A stretch of 64,000 bases of DNA from Octopus bimaculoides (lineage: Eukaryota): the NCBI RefSeq assembly GCF_001194135.2, contig NC_069001.1, positions 37,515,158 to 37,579,157 on the forward strand. Reading direction: 5' to 3'. The notes below the pieces were generated by a model. That model ran no database searches and had not been told where the DNA came from. It was given only the letters and a program-made list of their open reading frames with translations. This document shows positions 12,731-25,716 of this stretch, in pieces. Both the position numbers and the translations under genes were made by a program. How positions within the stretch are numbered: the stretch's first letter is position 1; each line of letters starts with the position of its first letter.

Positions 12731-12959
12731 CTGTGAACAGACTTTGACGAGTTGTTTGAGAGAAAGTGGATTCTCCTGGGCCAAAGCTCCAATAGCAGCA
12801 TTCAGGTAAGAAAGACATTCTGCTGGTTCAGTGACTTGCAATGAAGATGCAGACATATCGAGCTTCCCTGCAGCACAGAACTGCATCAAACGTACAACAA
12901 GCATGATGTCTGAAAGCCCAATGTTTTCAAGAGCAGCAGATAAACTGCAGGACGGACCA
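12731..12959 (-). CDS. HERC1: HERC1 exon
   Basis: SCSLSAALENIGLSDI..VRLM..CLSYLNAAIGALA..LVKVCSQ; ccacag/gtaagt. Confidence 0.94.
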
Positions 12960-13146
12960 CTGTGGACGGAAAAAGAGAGAGAAGAGGAGGAGGATACAGC
13001 TTCGTTTTCTACATGGACAGAGAAAAGTATAAAAAACAACCAACCGTGTGTAAAGGGTAAAAACTGGAGACATCATAAAAGATGTACTCAGGTATTAGAT
13101 AGTTCCTAGTTTATAATACAACATGTACCTGATATTAGATACTCAC

Positions 13147-13321
13147 CTATCACTAAGGAGTGCGAGGGCTTTCATGACCATGGTTCTAGCAAGTAGTACT
13201 TGCATCGCCGATGTTATTCGTTGCAGAGCGAGCATTCGTTCATGTGGATTCCGGAGACAGACAGCTTGTTCACCGAGGGATTTCAGGTTCTTCACGCTCT
13301 TTACGGCACGGGCAGTGGCAG
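13147..13321 (-). CDS. HERC1: HERC1 exon
   Basis: SLGEQAVCLRNPHERMLALQRITSAMQVLLARTMVMKALALLS; ttctag/gtgagt. Confidence 0.94.
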
Positions 13322-13460
13322 CTAGAATAACACAGGAGAGAGGAGGGGGAGTAGTTGAGAGAGAGAGAGAGATCCACAGAGAGACAGACAGACAGACACA
13401 AAGAGAGAGACACACACACACACACACATTACATTGTATGGTAGCGATGGTATGACTTAC

Positions 13461-13652
13461 ATAGTGATGTTATGAGGTCATCAGAGGTGTGTCCTCTGAC
13501 AAGTTTCTCTCCTAGGGGATCAGCTTCTGAAAAGTGGACAACATCTGGGGCTGGACGCCTCTCAGACAGGCCTAACCTCAAAAGGAGTTTCTCACTATCA
13601 TTAACTGGAACTTTCTCTAAAGGTGACTCAGTGTTCAGCAAGCTGGCATCAT
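13461..13652 (-). CDS. HERC1: HERC1 exon
   Basis: LGLSERRPAPDVVHFSEADPLG; attcag/gtaagt. Confidence 0.9.
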
Positions 13653-14785
13653 CTGAATACATCGATAAAAGAAAGGAAAATATAAATTAAAACAGTTCTC
13701 CTTTGATAAGCATTTGCTAATCAGTGTTTAAGTCAATTTTCTGCTATGGTGTTTAATTGATGCGGTCTTAGGGAATGAAATCGAGATATATGATGTTGGC
13801 AGGAAACATAAATGCCAAATTCTTCAGATTTCCTTAACAAAATTCCATTTTAAAAAAATTTCATTAAAACAAGAAAAACTATCAAAAAGTAAAATAGAAA
13901 AAGAAAAAAAATACAAAATGTTTAAATTAATATTTATAAAAAAAAAATTAAGATTTAGGTTCAGAACTGGCTGAGTGGTTAAGAAGCTTGCTTCGCAACC
14001 ACACCATTTCAGGTTCAATTCCAGCGAGTAGCACCTTGGGCAAGTGTCTTTTATTCTAGCTTCAAACCATCCAATGCCTTGTGAGGGAATTTGATTGACA
14101 GAAGCTGTGTGGAACCTCATTGTATGCACATTTGTGTGTGTGTGTGTGTGTTTGGCTTTGTCACCATCACTGCTTGACAACTGGGGTTGGTTTGTTTATG
14201 TTTCCAGAACTTAGCAGTGTGGCAAAAGTGACCGATAAAATAGATATTAGACTTTAAAAAAGAATTAAGTACTGGGTTGAGGGTGGGGGCGGGGGTTTGA
14301 TTTGTTCGACTAAAACCCTTCAAGATGATGCCCCAGCATGGCTGCAGTCCAACGACTGAAATAAGTAAAAAGATAAAAGATGTAAAAGTAAATAAAAATG
14401 AAATAAAAGAAAAAAAGAAGATATTTTTTTATTAAAGGTTCACAGAGTGATGATGTAGCAGTTGGTGTGAGAGGAATCAATCAAATTGATCTCAGCTGAT
14501 TGGTGAGTTCAGTGTAATGAAAGACTATTTCAACTCCCGGTGGGATATGAACTCAGGCTATTTAGGTATGGATGTGGCTGTATGCTCGAGAAGCTTGATT
14601 CCCAACCATGAGGTCTTAGGTTCAATCCTACTGTAAGGCCCAACAGGCAAGTATCTTCTAGAGCTTGGAGCTAATCAACGGCAGCATTCGTCCTATTTTT
14701 CTGGACTGCCAGGTTGGCTTGGCGATAACTATTAATATCCAGTAATGCTGCCGTAGTCTCCTTTAGAGAGACTTAGAAATATTAA

Positions 14786-14817
<32 letters not shown>

Positions 14818-15596
14818 TGATATATCCTGTCCACACTGTAAAGTGGTTGGTGTTCAGCTGTAAAAACCTTGCCAAAACTGACCTTGCCTGTGCTTGTGCC
14901 ACGTAAAAAGCATTCAGTCCACTCTGCTGGGTGGTTGGTGTTACGAAGAGCATCCAGCCATAAAACTCCTGCCAAAACAGACACAGAAGCATGGTGTAGG
15001 CTCCTGCTTGGCCAGCTCCTGTCGAACCGTCCCACCCATGACAGCATGGAAGGCAGATGTTAAACAATGATGATGATGATGAGGATGATGACGACGATGA
15101 TGAGGGTGTGTGTGTGTGTTACTGTCTGTGTGTTTGTGTCTCCTTATCTCAACATTACAAGACAGCTGTAAATGAGCATCACTGTCATACAAGCAATGTC
15201 CTTTATTTCTAATATTCTGAAAAACCATGACTGGACATTAGGGAAACATTACTTTGCTTGGAATCAGGTGGGGATTGACAACAGGAAGGGCATCCAGCTT
15301 TCGAAAATCCATCTGAGTTGGAAACCATCCACATAGAAAAGTGGATGTTAAAACAATGCTGTTGATATTATGGTCCTAAGCACGTAGGCTAGAAAGCCTT
15401 GTGGTATTTGTTTTGGCACTCAACAATCAGAGTTCAAATCTCACTTTCAGGCATCAATTTAAAAAAAATGGGGGATTGATGGATCTGTTGGGAGAGTGTG
15501 GTGGTCCAGTGAGGTGCCTTGAGGTGGACAGCAACATCTGTAATGACCCTACTGCCAAGCTGTATTGGCCCAGGGTGGTGATTGATTTTAATGAGA

Positions 15597-16060
15597 TACA
15601 AGAGGGTACCCAAAAGTAACTGAAAACATTCTCTGTGGGACAAGCCTGTTGCAGCTCAAGTTTCTGCTGCTAGAAGTCACTTGATGCGACCCTCAGGCAT
15701 CAGTCTGCTGACCAGCAGCATCAAGTGGAATCATACTGCCACATGGTTTGTCTTTGTTTTGCAGTGTTTCTCCCCTGTTTGTAGATTTTTGTGATGGCTG
15801 AAACGAAGGAATAGCATGCTTCTGCAAAATTCTGTTTTCTGCTGCGGAAAATGGTGGCCGAAACAGTTGTCATGCTTCAAACAGCTTACAAGGATGCTGT
15901 CATGAGCAAAACACAAGTTTACGAGTGGTTTCCATGTATTAGGAATGGTCACTTGTTGCTTGAAGACCAACTTCATTCCGGATGACCGTCAACATGTAAA
16001 ACTAAATGAATAAAATAATATTGCAAAATTCTGTTTTTTTCTTTTGGGAACTCCCTCGTA
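15597..16060 (+). mobile_element. Internally deleted mariner element with transposase N-terminal HTH relic
   Basis: TIRs tacaagagggtacccaaaag / cttttgggaactccctcgta (16/20 match). Relic reads KFCFLLRKMVAETVVMLQTAYKDAVMSKTQVYEWF..EDQLHSG*PST with stops. Confidence 0.9.
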
Positions 16061-16189
16061 TCCCTAACATTCTTTATAACATGTAGGAATTAAATGCCAT
16101 GAAGATTGTTACACCAGGGGTTGGGAGAGTATCCATGCAGGGTGACCCATACAATGCCCCCAATTGTACTGAAGGCTGTGGTAACCCAG

Positions 16190-16537
16190 TATTATTAACA
16201 TGGTGCTTGGAACATAACACTGTATTGTATAATATAGGGCTAGGAATATAACAAAAAACAAATATATATTAGCATATGAAGACGGTATTTTGAATATAAC
16301 AAAAGAGTATCATATAATGGTAGATTAAGATGGTGCTGGAAATAAAAAAGAAAGACAAACATAAATTAGTATATGAAGATGATGTTTGGATCATAAAAGA
16401 CAAATATGTATTGGTATGTTAAGATGATGTTTGGAACATAACAAAAGACAAATATATACATCAGTATAGTAAGATGGTATTTTGGTACATAAGAAAAGAG
16501 TAATGTATATTGGTAAGATAGTGTTTGGAACATAAAT
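16190..16537. repeat. Degenerate tandem repeat of about 50 bp, about 7 units
   Basis: Recurrent aagatggtgtttggaacataacaaaaga. Confidence 0.7.
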
Positions 16538-17831
16538 GTTTCTATATATATAATTGTAACAGAATATTTTGATTTATGAGTGATCACTCCAAAATGAGAA
16601 GTTTTGTATCATAAAAATAGAACTGGTCTTATGTAGGTTGTAGAAACAGGGGTTAGTCTATGAAAGACAAAGGAATGAAAAACTTTGCATCAATATTAGG
16701 AACAGCATCAATGTCACAGCATCTCCAAATTGTAAAATGTTTCTAGTGTTGAAATTATTGAGTTAAATTGTAACTACACCAAAGTTAAGTTTTGGTTAAT
16801 GTTTCCAACAAACCCCAAAAAATTAGCCAAGGTGTAACAGCATGGCTTTTGCTTCCCAACCACATGGTTCAAGGATTGCTCTAACTGTATGGTACCTAGG
16901 GCAACTGTTCTCTACTACAGTGAAAGGTTAACCAATATCTTGGGATTTGTGAGACAGAAACAATAATGCAGAAGCCCATTGTAGGTATATAAGTGTTTGT
17001 CTATGTGTTTGAACTCACATAAGTCAGAGAGTACTCAACACACATAGTTTATCTCCTTTTGTGACAGTGTTTGAAATCAAAAGAAAACACTACATCACTC
17101 TCAAAGTACATTTGGTAAAAGAAGGATAGAAGTGAATGTAATATTGACATTGTCTGATCCCTCTTGGTCAAAGCTTCCTTCCATTCCCTAACAATAATAG
17201 TATCAATAGTATTGTGTATTGAGTACAAAATTTGAAACTTTGATCAAACCAAATTCAATGAAGATAATACAACACACACACACAGATTATCATACATGCA
17301 CAAATATGCCCACACATGTATATACATAATTACACTATCTTTGAGAATTAATAGCCAATTAGTACAAAAATACTTCTAATGATAATAATAATAATAATAA
17401 TAATAATATTAATAATAATCATCCATTTTCAAAGGTGGAACTAAAATAGATAAAGCTATAAATGATAGCGAGAGTGTAGAATATTGGATTAAAACACACC
17501 CCCTGGATGGAGGAAAAAATTCAAAGGGTTGCTTTGTTATGATGGTAGAACATCTGCCATGCTTTCAGCATTTTTTCATCCAATATTCTACATGCTGTTA
17601 TTTATAGTTCTATCTACTTCAAGCTTCACCATTTAAAATACAATTTACTTCATATCTCTCAAAGTTTCTAGATTCTTATGATGTAAACAAATAATAACAA
17701 AAATAGTAAAATAATAATAATAAATAATATGTATTATTATTTTTGTTAATTATTTATTATTTTTTAGTTTCAAACAGAAGTTATTATTTTTTTTTTTTAC
17801 TTTGTTAAAGAAAGTGATTGATTTCACATAC

Positions 17832-18083
17832 CATCCTGCAGAGATCCCCCAGGACACAAGAAGTCCGGAGCTGTTTGCCGGAGCTGAGCGGATTTCCAAG
17901 CAGGTGTCCCGCTACCAGTAGTGGGCGAGTGGCCGGCGGCACCAGAGTGGCCAGACATGTCCAAGTGGTGGGCTCGGCAATCGGGACATAACAAATAAAA
18001 CGGGTACCCGGTACCACAAGTCCCGCCGTACCAGCCAGACGTGTACACTCCAGAACTACTGTAGCCATGACTACGACAAGTCC
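17832..18083 (-). CDS. HERC1: HERC1 exon (Cys/His module, part 2)
   Basis: GYSSSGVYTSGWYGGTCGTGYPFYLLCPDCRAHHL..APDFL; ttctag/gtatgt. Confidence 0.93.
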
Positions 18084-19595
18084 CTAGAAAACAGTTAACA
18101 GATTGAAACTATATGCGTACGTAGGAGGTGAGCAGTCGACAGACAAGTCAAGACACCCAACTAAGGAAACAGAATTAAAGGAAGAGGGGAGGGAGGAGAT
18201 AGGGGTCAGTGATTCTAAGGTTAGAAAGTTCTACTTTTCAAGTAACCATATACAGCTACTACTATTATTATTATTGCTACAGCTACTACCACTACTGTTA
18301 TTATTATTATTGTTGTTAGTATTGCTTTTTGACAGAGGCAACAAAAAGGCAAGCGGTAAAGAATATTACTATTCATAATTATTATAATTATTATATAACT
18401 AATATAAACCATTATAGTAAGGTAACTAACATAAATTATTATAATTAGATAGTACTGCATATCAAACATATTACAATAGAAATAGTTAGTTACTTGTGAC
18501 ACTAATTTATTAGCAATGAAAGCAATTAGAGTTGCTCTTTGTTGTTTGTGCAAAGGGCAGGGGGGAGCGGGAGAGGGTCAGGGATCAACTTCTAATTATC
18601 AAAATGGACACAACAAAATAAATAAATATATAAATTAATGAATTAATTAATAAATAAATATTCAAGGATTAAAGTTAATGGAGGAAAAACATTATTCCAA
18701 TAGCAGAATCAGTAGAGCAACAGAGTAAGTGGATTTAGTGATATAGTTATGTTCTCCTGCCCCATCCACCCCAATACTTTTGAGTTCTGAAAATTAAAAT
18801 CCTGTAAAAAAAAAAAAAAACAGAAAAGGTTGACTTTACCTTTTATCCTTCTGGGAGTTTAATAATGACTGGACCCTTTCTCAAATATATGTGCCCCTAG
18901 GGAGCCATCACCACATCCTACTACTCTAGAGACAATAAAATACAGGACCAAACTTCCTATCTGGAATTTCCAGAAATTTGGAGATATTGTGCAACACCAC
19001 GCAATATACTGTACCCTGTATTGAGTACAAAGACCCTATTGTTGAAGTTGATTAATCTGTATATGGCATGTTAAAGATAGTTTTGTTGGTTATTTTTTTT
19101 ACTGGATTAATAAAGACTGTGTGGCTTAGTGGTTAAGGAACTTGGTTCACAATCGTAAAGGTTGTGGTTTCAATTCCCAGCAGCCTGTTGTGTCCTTGAG
19201 CAAGACATCTTCATTCAAGTTGTTCCTATCCACTCAATTGGCAAAAATTGTTGAATTTTGTGTCACACTGAATCTCCCTGAGAACTACATTAATGGTATG
19301 CATGTCTGTGGAGCGCTCAGCCACTTGCAAGTTAATTTCACGAGTAGGCTGTTCCATTGATTTGATCCACTGGAACACTTGTTTTCATAACCAACAGAGT
19401 GCCACTTAATAAAGACGAAACACACTCTGCTTTACAAATTTATTCATTTCTACCTGTATCTGTTAAATAAAATCATTTTCTTTATTTTTTCATAAGATTT
19501 TCATCTTGCAAACATTATACTGTATATACATGGTACATATGATATATTTAAAAAAAATTTTAACACATTAATAGACATCAAACAGATCAGACTTT

Positions 19596-19798
19596 AGAAC
19601 AGTGAGCAAAAATCTCGAGAAGTACATGGGACAAATAGGGGCTGCAATAAGGGTGGAGCACTTGCAGAAAACAGCACTGCTTGGAACCGCTCGAATACTC
19701 TGCAAGGAGTATTCGGAAAATGAGGTGTTACCTTAGTTCAATGGTAGCGAACAGCTGACACTGCAGTACATCTCCAGCGTTAGAAGCTGTTCAAAGGC

Positions 19799-19856
<58 letters not shown>
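19596..19856 (+). mobile_element. 3' end of an R4/Dong-like (restriction-like endonuclease) non-LTR retrotransposon with (TAA)n tail
   Basis: TVSKNLEKYMGQIGAAIRVEHLQKTALLGTARIL, then short 3' UTR and about 19 TAA units. Confidence 0.8.
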
Positions 19857-19859
<3 letters not shown>

Positions 19860-20073
19860 TGATTCTCCCTATTAAAGGCAAAAGGACTGAAATTTGGGGG
19901 AGGGGGATAGTTGATAACATCGACCCCAGTACTCAACAGTACTTATTCTATTGACCTGGAAAGGATGAAAGGCAAAGTAGACCTTGGCAGAATTTGAACT
20001 CAGAACGTAGCAACAAATGAAATACTGCTAAGCATTTCACCCAGCTTGCTAACGATTCTGCCAGCATGCTGCC

Positions 20074-20108
<35 letters not shown>

Positions 20109-20307
20109 GCTTTCTACAATAGACACAAGGTCTGAAATTTTGGCGGAGGGGCCTAGTCGATTACATCAAGCCCAGTGTTTTACTGGTACTTAGTTTATTG
20201 ATCCTGAAAGGATGAAAGGTAAAGTCAACCTCAGCAGAATGTGAAGATGGACGAAATGCTGTGAAGCATTTCACCAGGTGTATCAACAATTCTTCCAGCT
20301 CGCTGCC

Positions 20308-20834
20308 TTAACCCCTTGCCTGCCATGAGAGCCCCATTTGGGGACCTGCTAGAAACAGTCTCACTGCCGGTTGTTCGTTGTATTTCAAGTGAAATGCTTC
20401 TGTCCATTGCATTTGCAGAGGTGTGTTTAACAATATTTAGTAGTTTGTCATTATTAGCTCTGGCTAATTCGAGAGGACATTTTATGTCATAAATCACAAT
20501 TTTTGAACTACAAAAATATCGACTGTTTTGAAAAAGGTTTTTTTAACTTTTGCATTTCCCATTTATATCATTCATTGATATTTCATACACATTTGCATTT
20601 GATATTATAGTTTCAAAGAAACTTAAGTGTTTATTATTGCAATTGAAAAGAAAAGGAGAAATATGCTTTTCTTTTTCAGCGATCCCCATTTGGGACGTTA
20701 AGATTAATCTATCATAATTTACAAAATAATTCACAGATGAAGAAAATTAAAATATTACGTATTATTTTAATTTCTAAGACACCTGGCAATGCCAAAAAAT
20801 ATGAATAAAAGAAATTTGGCAGTTAATGGGTTAA
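20308..20834. mobile_element. piggyBac-type non-autonomous element
   Basis: TTAA-CCCCTTGCCTGCCA ... TGGCAGTTAATGGG-TTAA (11/14 TIR match), inserted at the end of a SINE. Confidence 0.75.
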
Positions 20835-21199
20835 TAATGATGATGCTAATGATGATAACAGTCTATTCTACTATAGGCACAAGGCCTGGAATTTTTTTTT
20901 GGGGGGGGGGTGATAGTTGATTACATCAACCCCTAGTATTCAACTGGTACTTGTTTCATTACAAATCAAGATGATAAAACAGTGAAGTTGATGTCCGTGG
21001 AATTTGAACTCAGAACTTTAAAAAATTTAATTCAATCAATCAACCTAGCTAAGATCTCAAGTATTCTTTATTTTTATCCCCTGCAACCCCCTTTTTTTTT
21101 TAGTGTGTTTTGAGCTTGGAAGCAGAACTCAAAGGATGGCAAAAAGTAATGTGCAAGTAAAATACTACGACAAACCACTTTGTACAGTGCTCCACCGAT

Positions 21200-21234
<35 letters not shown>

Positions 21235-23209
21235 GAGTAACAACAAAAACAACAGTAAAAACATCAACAACATAATGATGATGATGATGTTAAGATAATG
21301 AGTTGAAGTGTTAAAGACTGTTAAGATGGATTATTAATTAGTTGTAATAAAATAAATTAATTAAATGTGAAAAGAAAGAGAGAGGGAGGAGGGGTACGAT
21401 GTGTTGTCGCGTATTTATATATGTTAGAGATGTGGGGTAATATTGGATCCAAGCTGACACTGTTTACAGACAACAGAAAAGCAAGTTTGAAGGGTTGCCA
21501 TGGTGATGGTGGTGGGAATGATGGTGGCAGTGATGATGATGATGGCTACAATTCCAGTGATGATGGTAGTGGTGATGACGACGATGGTGTCCACGACAAC
21601 AATTATAATGATGATGATGATGATGATTAGTTATAATGATGTTGAGTGTGATCCATGATGACTACATTTATGATGATGATGATAAACATTTTTGTGAGTA
21701 GCAAAGCACAATGTCAGTTACATCACCACTCCCACCTACACTTACCCCCAGCATCTTACTGGTAATGTATGGCTTCTTACCCATCCCTCCTCTTCCACAG
21801 GAAAGCAAACAGTAAATTTGGTTGGTTCTGGCAAGATCTGAACCTGAGACTTAAAGGGACATAGCTAACTACAACAACAAGATGAAGTGGTCAGAGCCAT
21901 TGGATGGCCAAGAGATTTATTGTCCAGTCAACCTTTAAACTTGACTAGGGCCAATGGTATATGGTCAGGTCAGGAATGTCATACCAGGGTGATGACCCCT
22001 GCTACTGATACCATGGAAACCAGTCCTACCTCTTCTACGGCTGAGTGGTCAGCAACTAAACTGACCCCCCACCACTTGAGTAGCTTGCTGCCATTATGAA
22101 GAGGATATCTTGATACCCAACAGGACTTCAAAAGGGTGGATGAGCTCCTTGTGGGCCAACAGCTATACTGTTAGGGAAGGCAATAGCAAACCACCCTCCA
22201 GTACCCCCACCAAGAAGACATTATGAGAAAGTCAGAAGGAAATATCGTTATGGCTTCAACGATAATTGTTTCAAATTTTGGCACAAGGCCAGCAATGTTT
22301 AAGAGGTGGGAAGGCTTAGTTGAAGACATAAGGGGGACTTCATTTTATTAACCCTGAAAGGACAAAAGCCAAAGATGACCACAGTAGGATTTGAACTCAG
22401 AAGAAATGTTGCGATGGCCACAGGGGCATCTGATAAGAGGGACCACAATGGGGGGGAGACTACATAATGAGATGAAAGGGAGGAAGAGAAAGGGGGGAGG
22501 CAGGAGATGAAAAAGTATTTATAATATACAAAATATGCCAACTCATTGATGATGCAATCCGCCTGATACAGGAGAGCCTCCAACTAGAGTCAATCAAAGA
22601 ACCTTGCAGATCCAGGGTCACCCTGACCACCCAAATAAACAAAAAGCTATCATGTATTATTAAATGGCAAAAATACTGCCTGTTGCTTAGGGACCCTAAT
22701 GCTATAAATTATTAAAAGGACCAAACTGCTACATGGTAGGTATTAAGAGGATCAAAGTGCTGTTCGTTAACTGAGAGACCTATATCCCCCAACAGTCGAG
22801 TAAATGAAACACTCCATGTCATCATGTAGCCAAAGCAGCCACCTGTGTTACTGGCCATGTTACTGAATGCTTCAAATCACCATATATGTTACAGTATGAT
22901 TACAAAGCACCACATGTTACTGAGCAGCGAAAAGCCCACACATTACAGAGTGACCGAAACACCTTAAAAAAACATGTTACAGAAGGAGATGGAAGCAAAA
23001 GATATATATATATATANNNNNNNNNNNNNNNNNNNNNNNNNNNNNNNNNNNNNNNNNNNNNNNNNNNNNNNNNNNNNNNNNNNNNNNNNNNNNNNNNNNN
23101 NNNNNNNNNNNNNNNNNNNNNNNNNNNNNNNNNNNNNNNNNNNNNNNNNNNNNNNNNNNNNNNNNNNNNNNNNNNNNNNNNNNNNNNNNNNNNNNNNNNN
23201 NNNNNNNNN

Positions 23210-23286
<77 letters not shown>

Positions 23287-23307
23287 AATAAAGTATGCAA
23301 ACATTAC

Positions 23308-23416
23308 ATCCACATCCAGGATGGTGAGTTTTCATGTGCGAATTAAAGTTGGTTGTTCTCGTCAAACACAAATCGCAACTGACTGGTTCATGACAATCAT
23401 TTGCTGCAATCAACAT
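23308..23416 (-). CDS. HERC1: HERC1 exon (Cys/His module, part 1)
   Basis: VSCDLCLTRTTNFNSHMKTHHPGCG; tttcag/gtaatg. Confidence 0.92.
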
Positions 23417-24766
23417 CTGAAATAAAATAATAAATAAATAACTACAACTGTTCGATGGTTAATTTCCTCACTCAACTAAATTTAAATGGAAAGGTATTTT
23501 TACTTCAAAACCTAAACAAGAGTTAACCATTTTGTGAAGCTATTTAACACTTTTGTTACCCTATTTCTCTTGAAACACATTGCTTTTGTTTCAATTAACT
23601 CCGAGAGTGTAATGGGTGCTTTTTACGTGCCATCACCATGGGGGCCAGTCAGGCAGCACTGGCATCGACTATGTTTGGGTGGTGCTTTTTATGTGCCACT
23701 AGCACAGGGGCCAGTCGGGAGTGGGGGTCACTGGCATCAACCACATTTGGATGGTGCTTTTTACATGCCACTGGCATGGGGAGCCAGTCGGGTGCCAGTC
23801 AGGTGGCACTGGCATCGGCCACAACTCCAATTTCCATTTTCCTTTTGATTTTGATTTTTTAAATTTTGCTTTTGATTTTACTTGACTCAACAGGTCTTCT
23901 CAAGTGCAGCGTATCACCCAGTGATTCAAGGGTACTTTTAAAATAGGGTGGTTATGCAACACTGGTATAGGCTATGGCTGTGATCTCACTTTACTTGCAA
24001 AGTCTTCTCAACATATATATATCTACACACACACACAAGCTTTTTTTCAGTTTCCAGCTGCCAAATTCATTCACCAAACTTTGGTCAAGTTCAGACTGAT
24101 CAAGGCCTTTACTCATGTTTGACCATCATGTCGTACCATTGTATAGATGATACTGCCTGGGGTGGCGAGAGAGACAACCAAAAGAGGAATCAACTCCTTG
24201 AATTTTTCTACCTTTATTTTCGTAACTTTAGCAAACCTTAACCCCGCAAAGGGCAGAGAGAAACATTATCCTTTGGTGTTAAATATGCAAAACATTAGGA
24301 ATATTCTTCTCTACTCCTCATCACCATCATCATCATTATCACCTTCTTCTTCACAGCTAACCAATTAGGACTAGGGGCTTGGCAAATTTTTTATCTCATT
24401 GAACCCCTCATGGAATTGTTGGTAACTTACTGTCCATCTCACCTCATCACATAAATTTCCAAAATAAAATCAAAAAGTATGATAAAAATTTCTTGTTCGG
24501 GAAGCAATAAATTACTTCATTCTTTTTGAGTCATCACTGCTTTCTAATAAGAAATTATGAAAGAAGATAAACGAAAATGAAAAACTAAACAAAATTGATA
24601 AACAACAATAAAACTTCAGTGATATAATATCGATACAGTTAGAATACAGATCCACTGGATATCTACGTATCCAGGGTTCAATATTGACTACTTTGTTTCA
24701 TTATGGGTTGGACAGATCTGCACAACGACAGCGGGGAGTAAATTTTTCTATTTCGAAACAACTGAC

Positions 24767-24930
24767 CTGTTCAGAAGACTCCAGTGGTGAGAAGGCATCA
24801 GTATTTTCTTCGTACAACAAGTCGTCAAATAAATCAAACTCCAGGTCATAAAGAGGGCGAGCTTCACCAATCTCGTGTTGACGATCTGGACGATTCTCCC
24901 GGTGGCTCTCTCTCAAACTTCTTGTTCCAG
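24767..24930 (-). CDS. HERC1: HERC1 exon
   Basis: ..EARPLYDLEFDLFDDLLYEE..; ccccag/gtcagt. Confidence 0.8.
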
Positions 24931-25477
24931 CTGGGGAGGAAGGGAAGGAGAAAGAAGCACACAAACTTAAATAATCACCAATATACACACCAAGTGGTGA
25001 AGAGAGCCCCTATGTGGTCACTCAACATGCTAGAAATAAGGCCCAACACACCCTGAAATCACCTCCCCCTCACCTCTTTCTAATACACTCGTCTACCTGA
25101 GACTAATCATACTTTAATGTTTATGAAGCTATCTCCTATTTCTTTCCTGTTTCAGTCATTTCACTGTTATTGCCCATGCTGGGGCACTGTCCTGAAGAAC
25201 TTTTAGCCGAATGAATCAACCCAAGTACTTAGTTTTTTTAAAAAACCTGGTACTTATTCTATCAGTCTCTTTTGTTGAACTGCTGAGTTATGAGGACATA
25301 AACACACCAACACTGCTTGTCAAGTGGCACTGGGAGACAAACAGACACAAAGACACACACACACAAGGCTTCTTTCAGTTTCCATCTACCAGATGTACTC
25401 ACAAGGCTTTTGTCAGCCCAAGGTTGTAGCAGAAGACAATTGCACAAGGTGCCATGAAGTGGGATTGAACCTGGAAC

Positions 25478-25716
25478 AGGCCTGAGATCCTCCTGTGGAT
25501 ATCCTTCACTAGGTTCCTGAACATGATAGGTTGGTGGCAGGAGACAGCGTTGATATAGAGCAGCCTCTCATTTGGTTTGTGGTAGGGCTTGTATGAACAG
25601 AAGCCCAGGTCCAATGTAACACCTAAAAAGTTTATAGCACTAAGGTTGGTCTTGATTGTAACCTTGAGTCCCATAGGGCTAAGGGTGCTAACTAGGTCCT
25701 TCCTAGGTTTGTCTAC
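25478..25716 (-). mobile_element. Penelope-like element reverse-transcriptase fragment
   Basis: Stop-free 79 codons: ..GLKVTIKTNLSAINFLGVTLDL..YKPYHKPNERLLYINAVSCHQP..LVKDIHRRIS, the typical PLE RT C-terminal motif. Flanked by a 16-bp direct repeat. Confidence 0.85.

Noticed and set aside
13960-14045. tRNA-like A/B-box sequences (many sites)
   Set aside because: They are SINE heads followed by SINE bodies and I could not form a cloverleaf; not tRNA genes.
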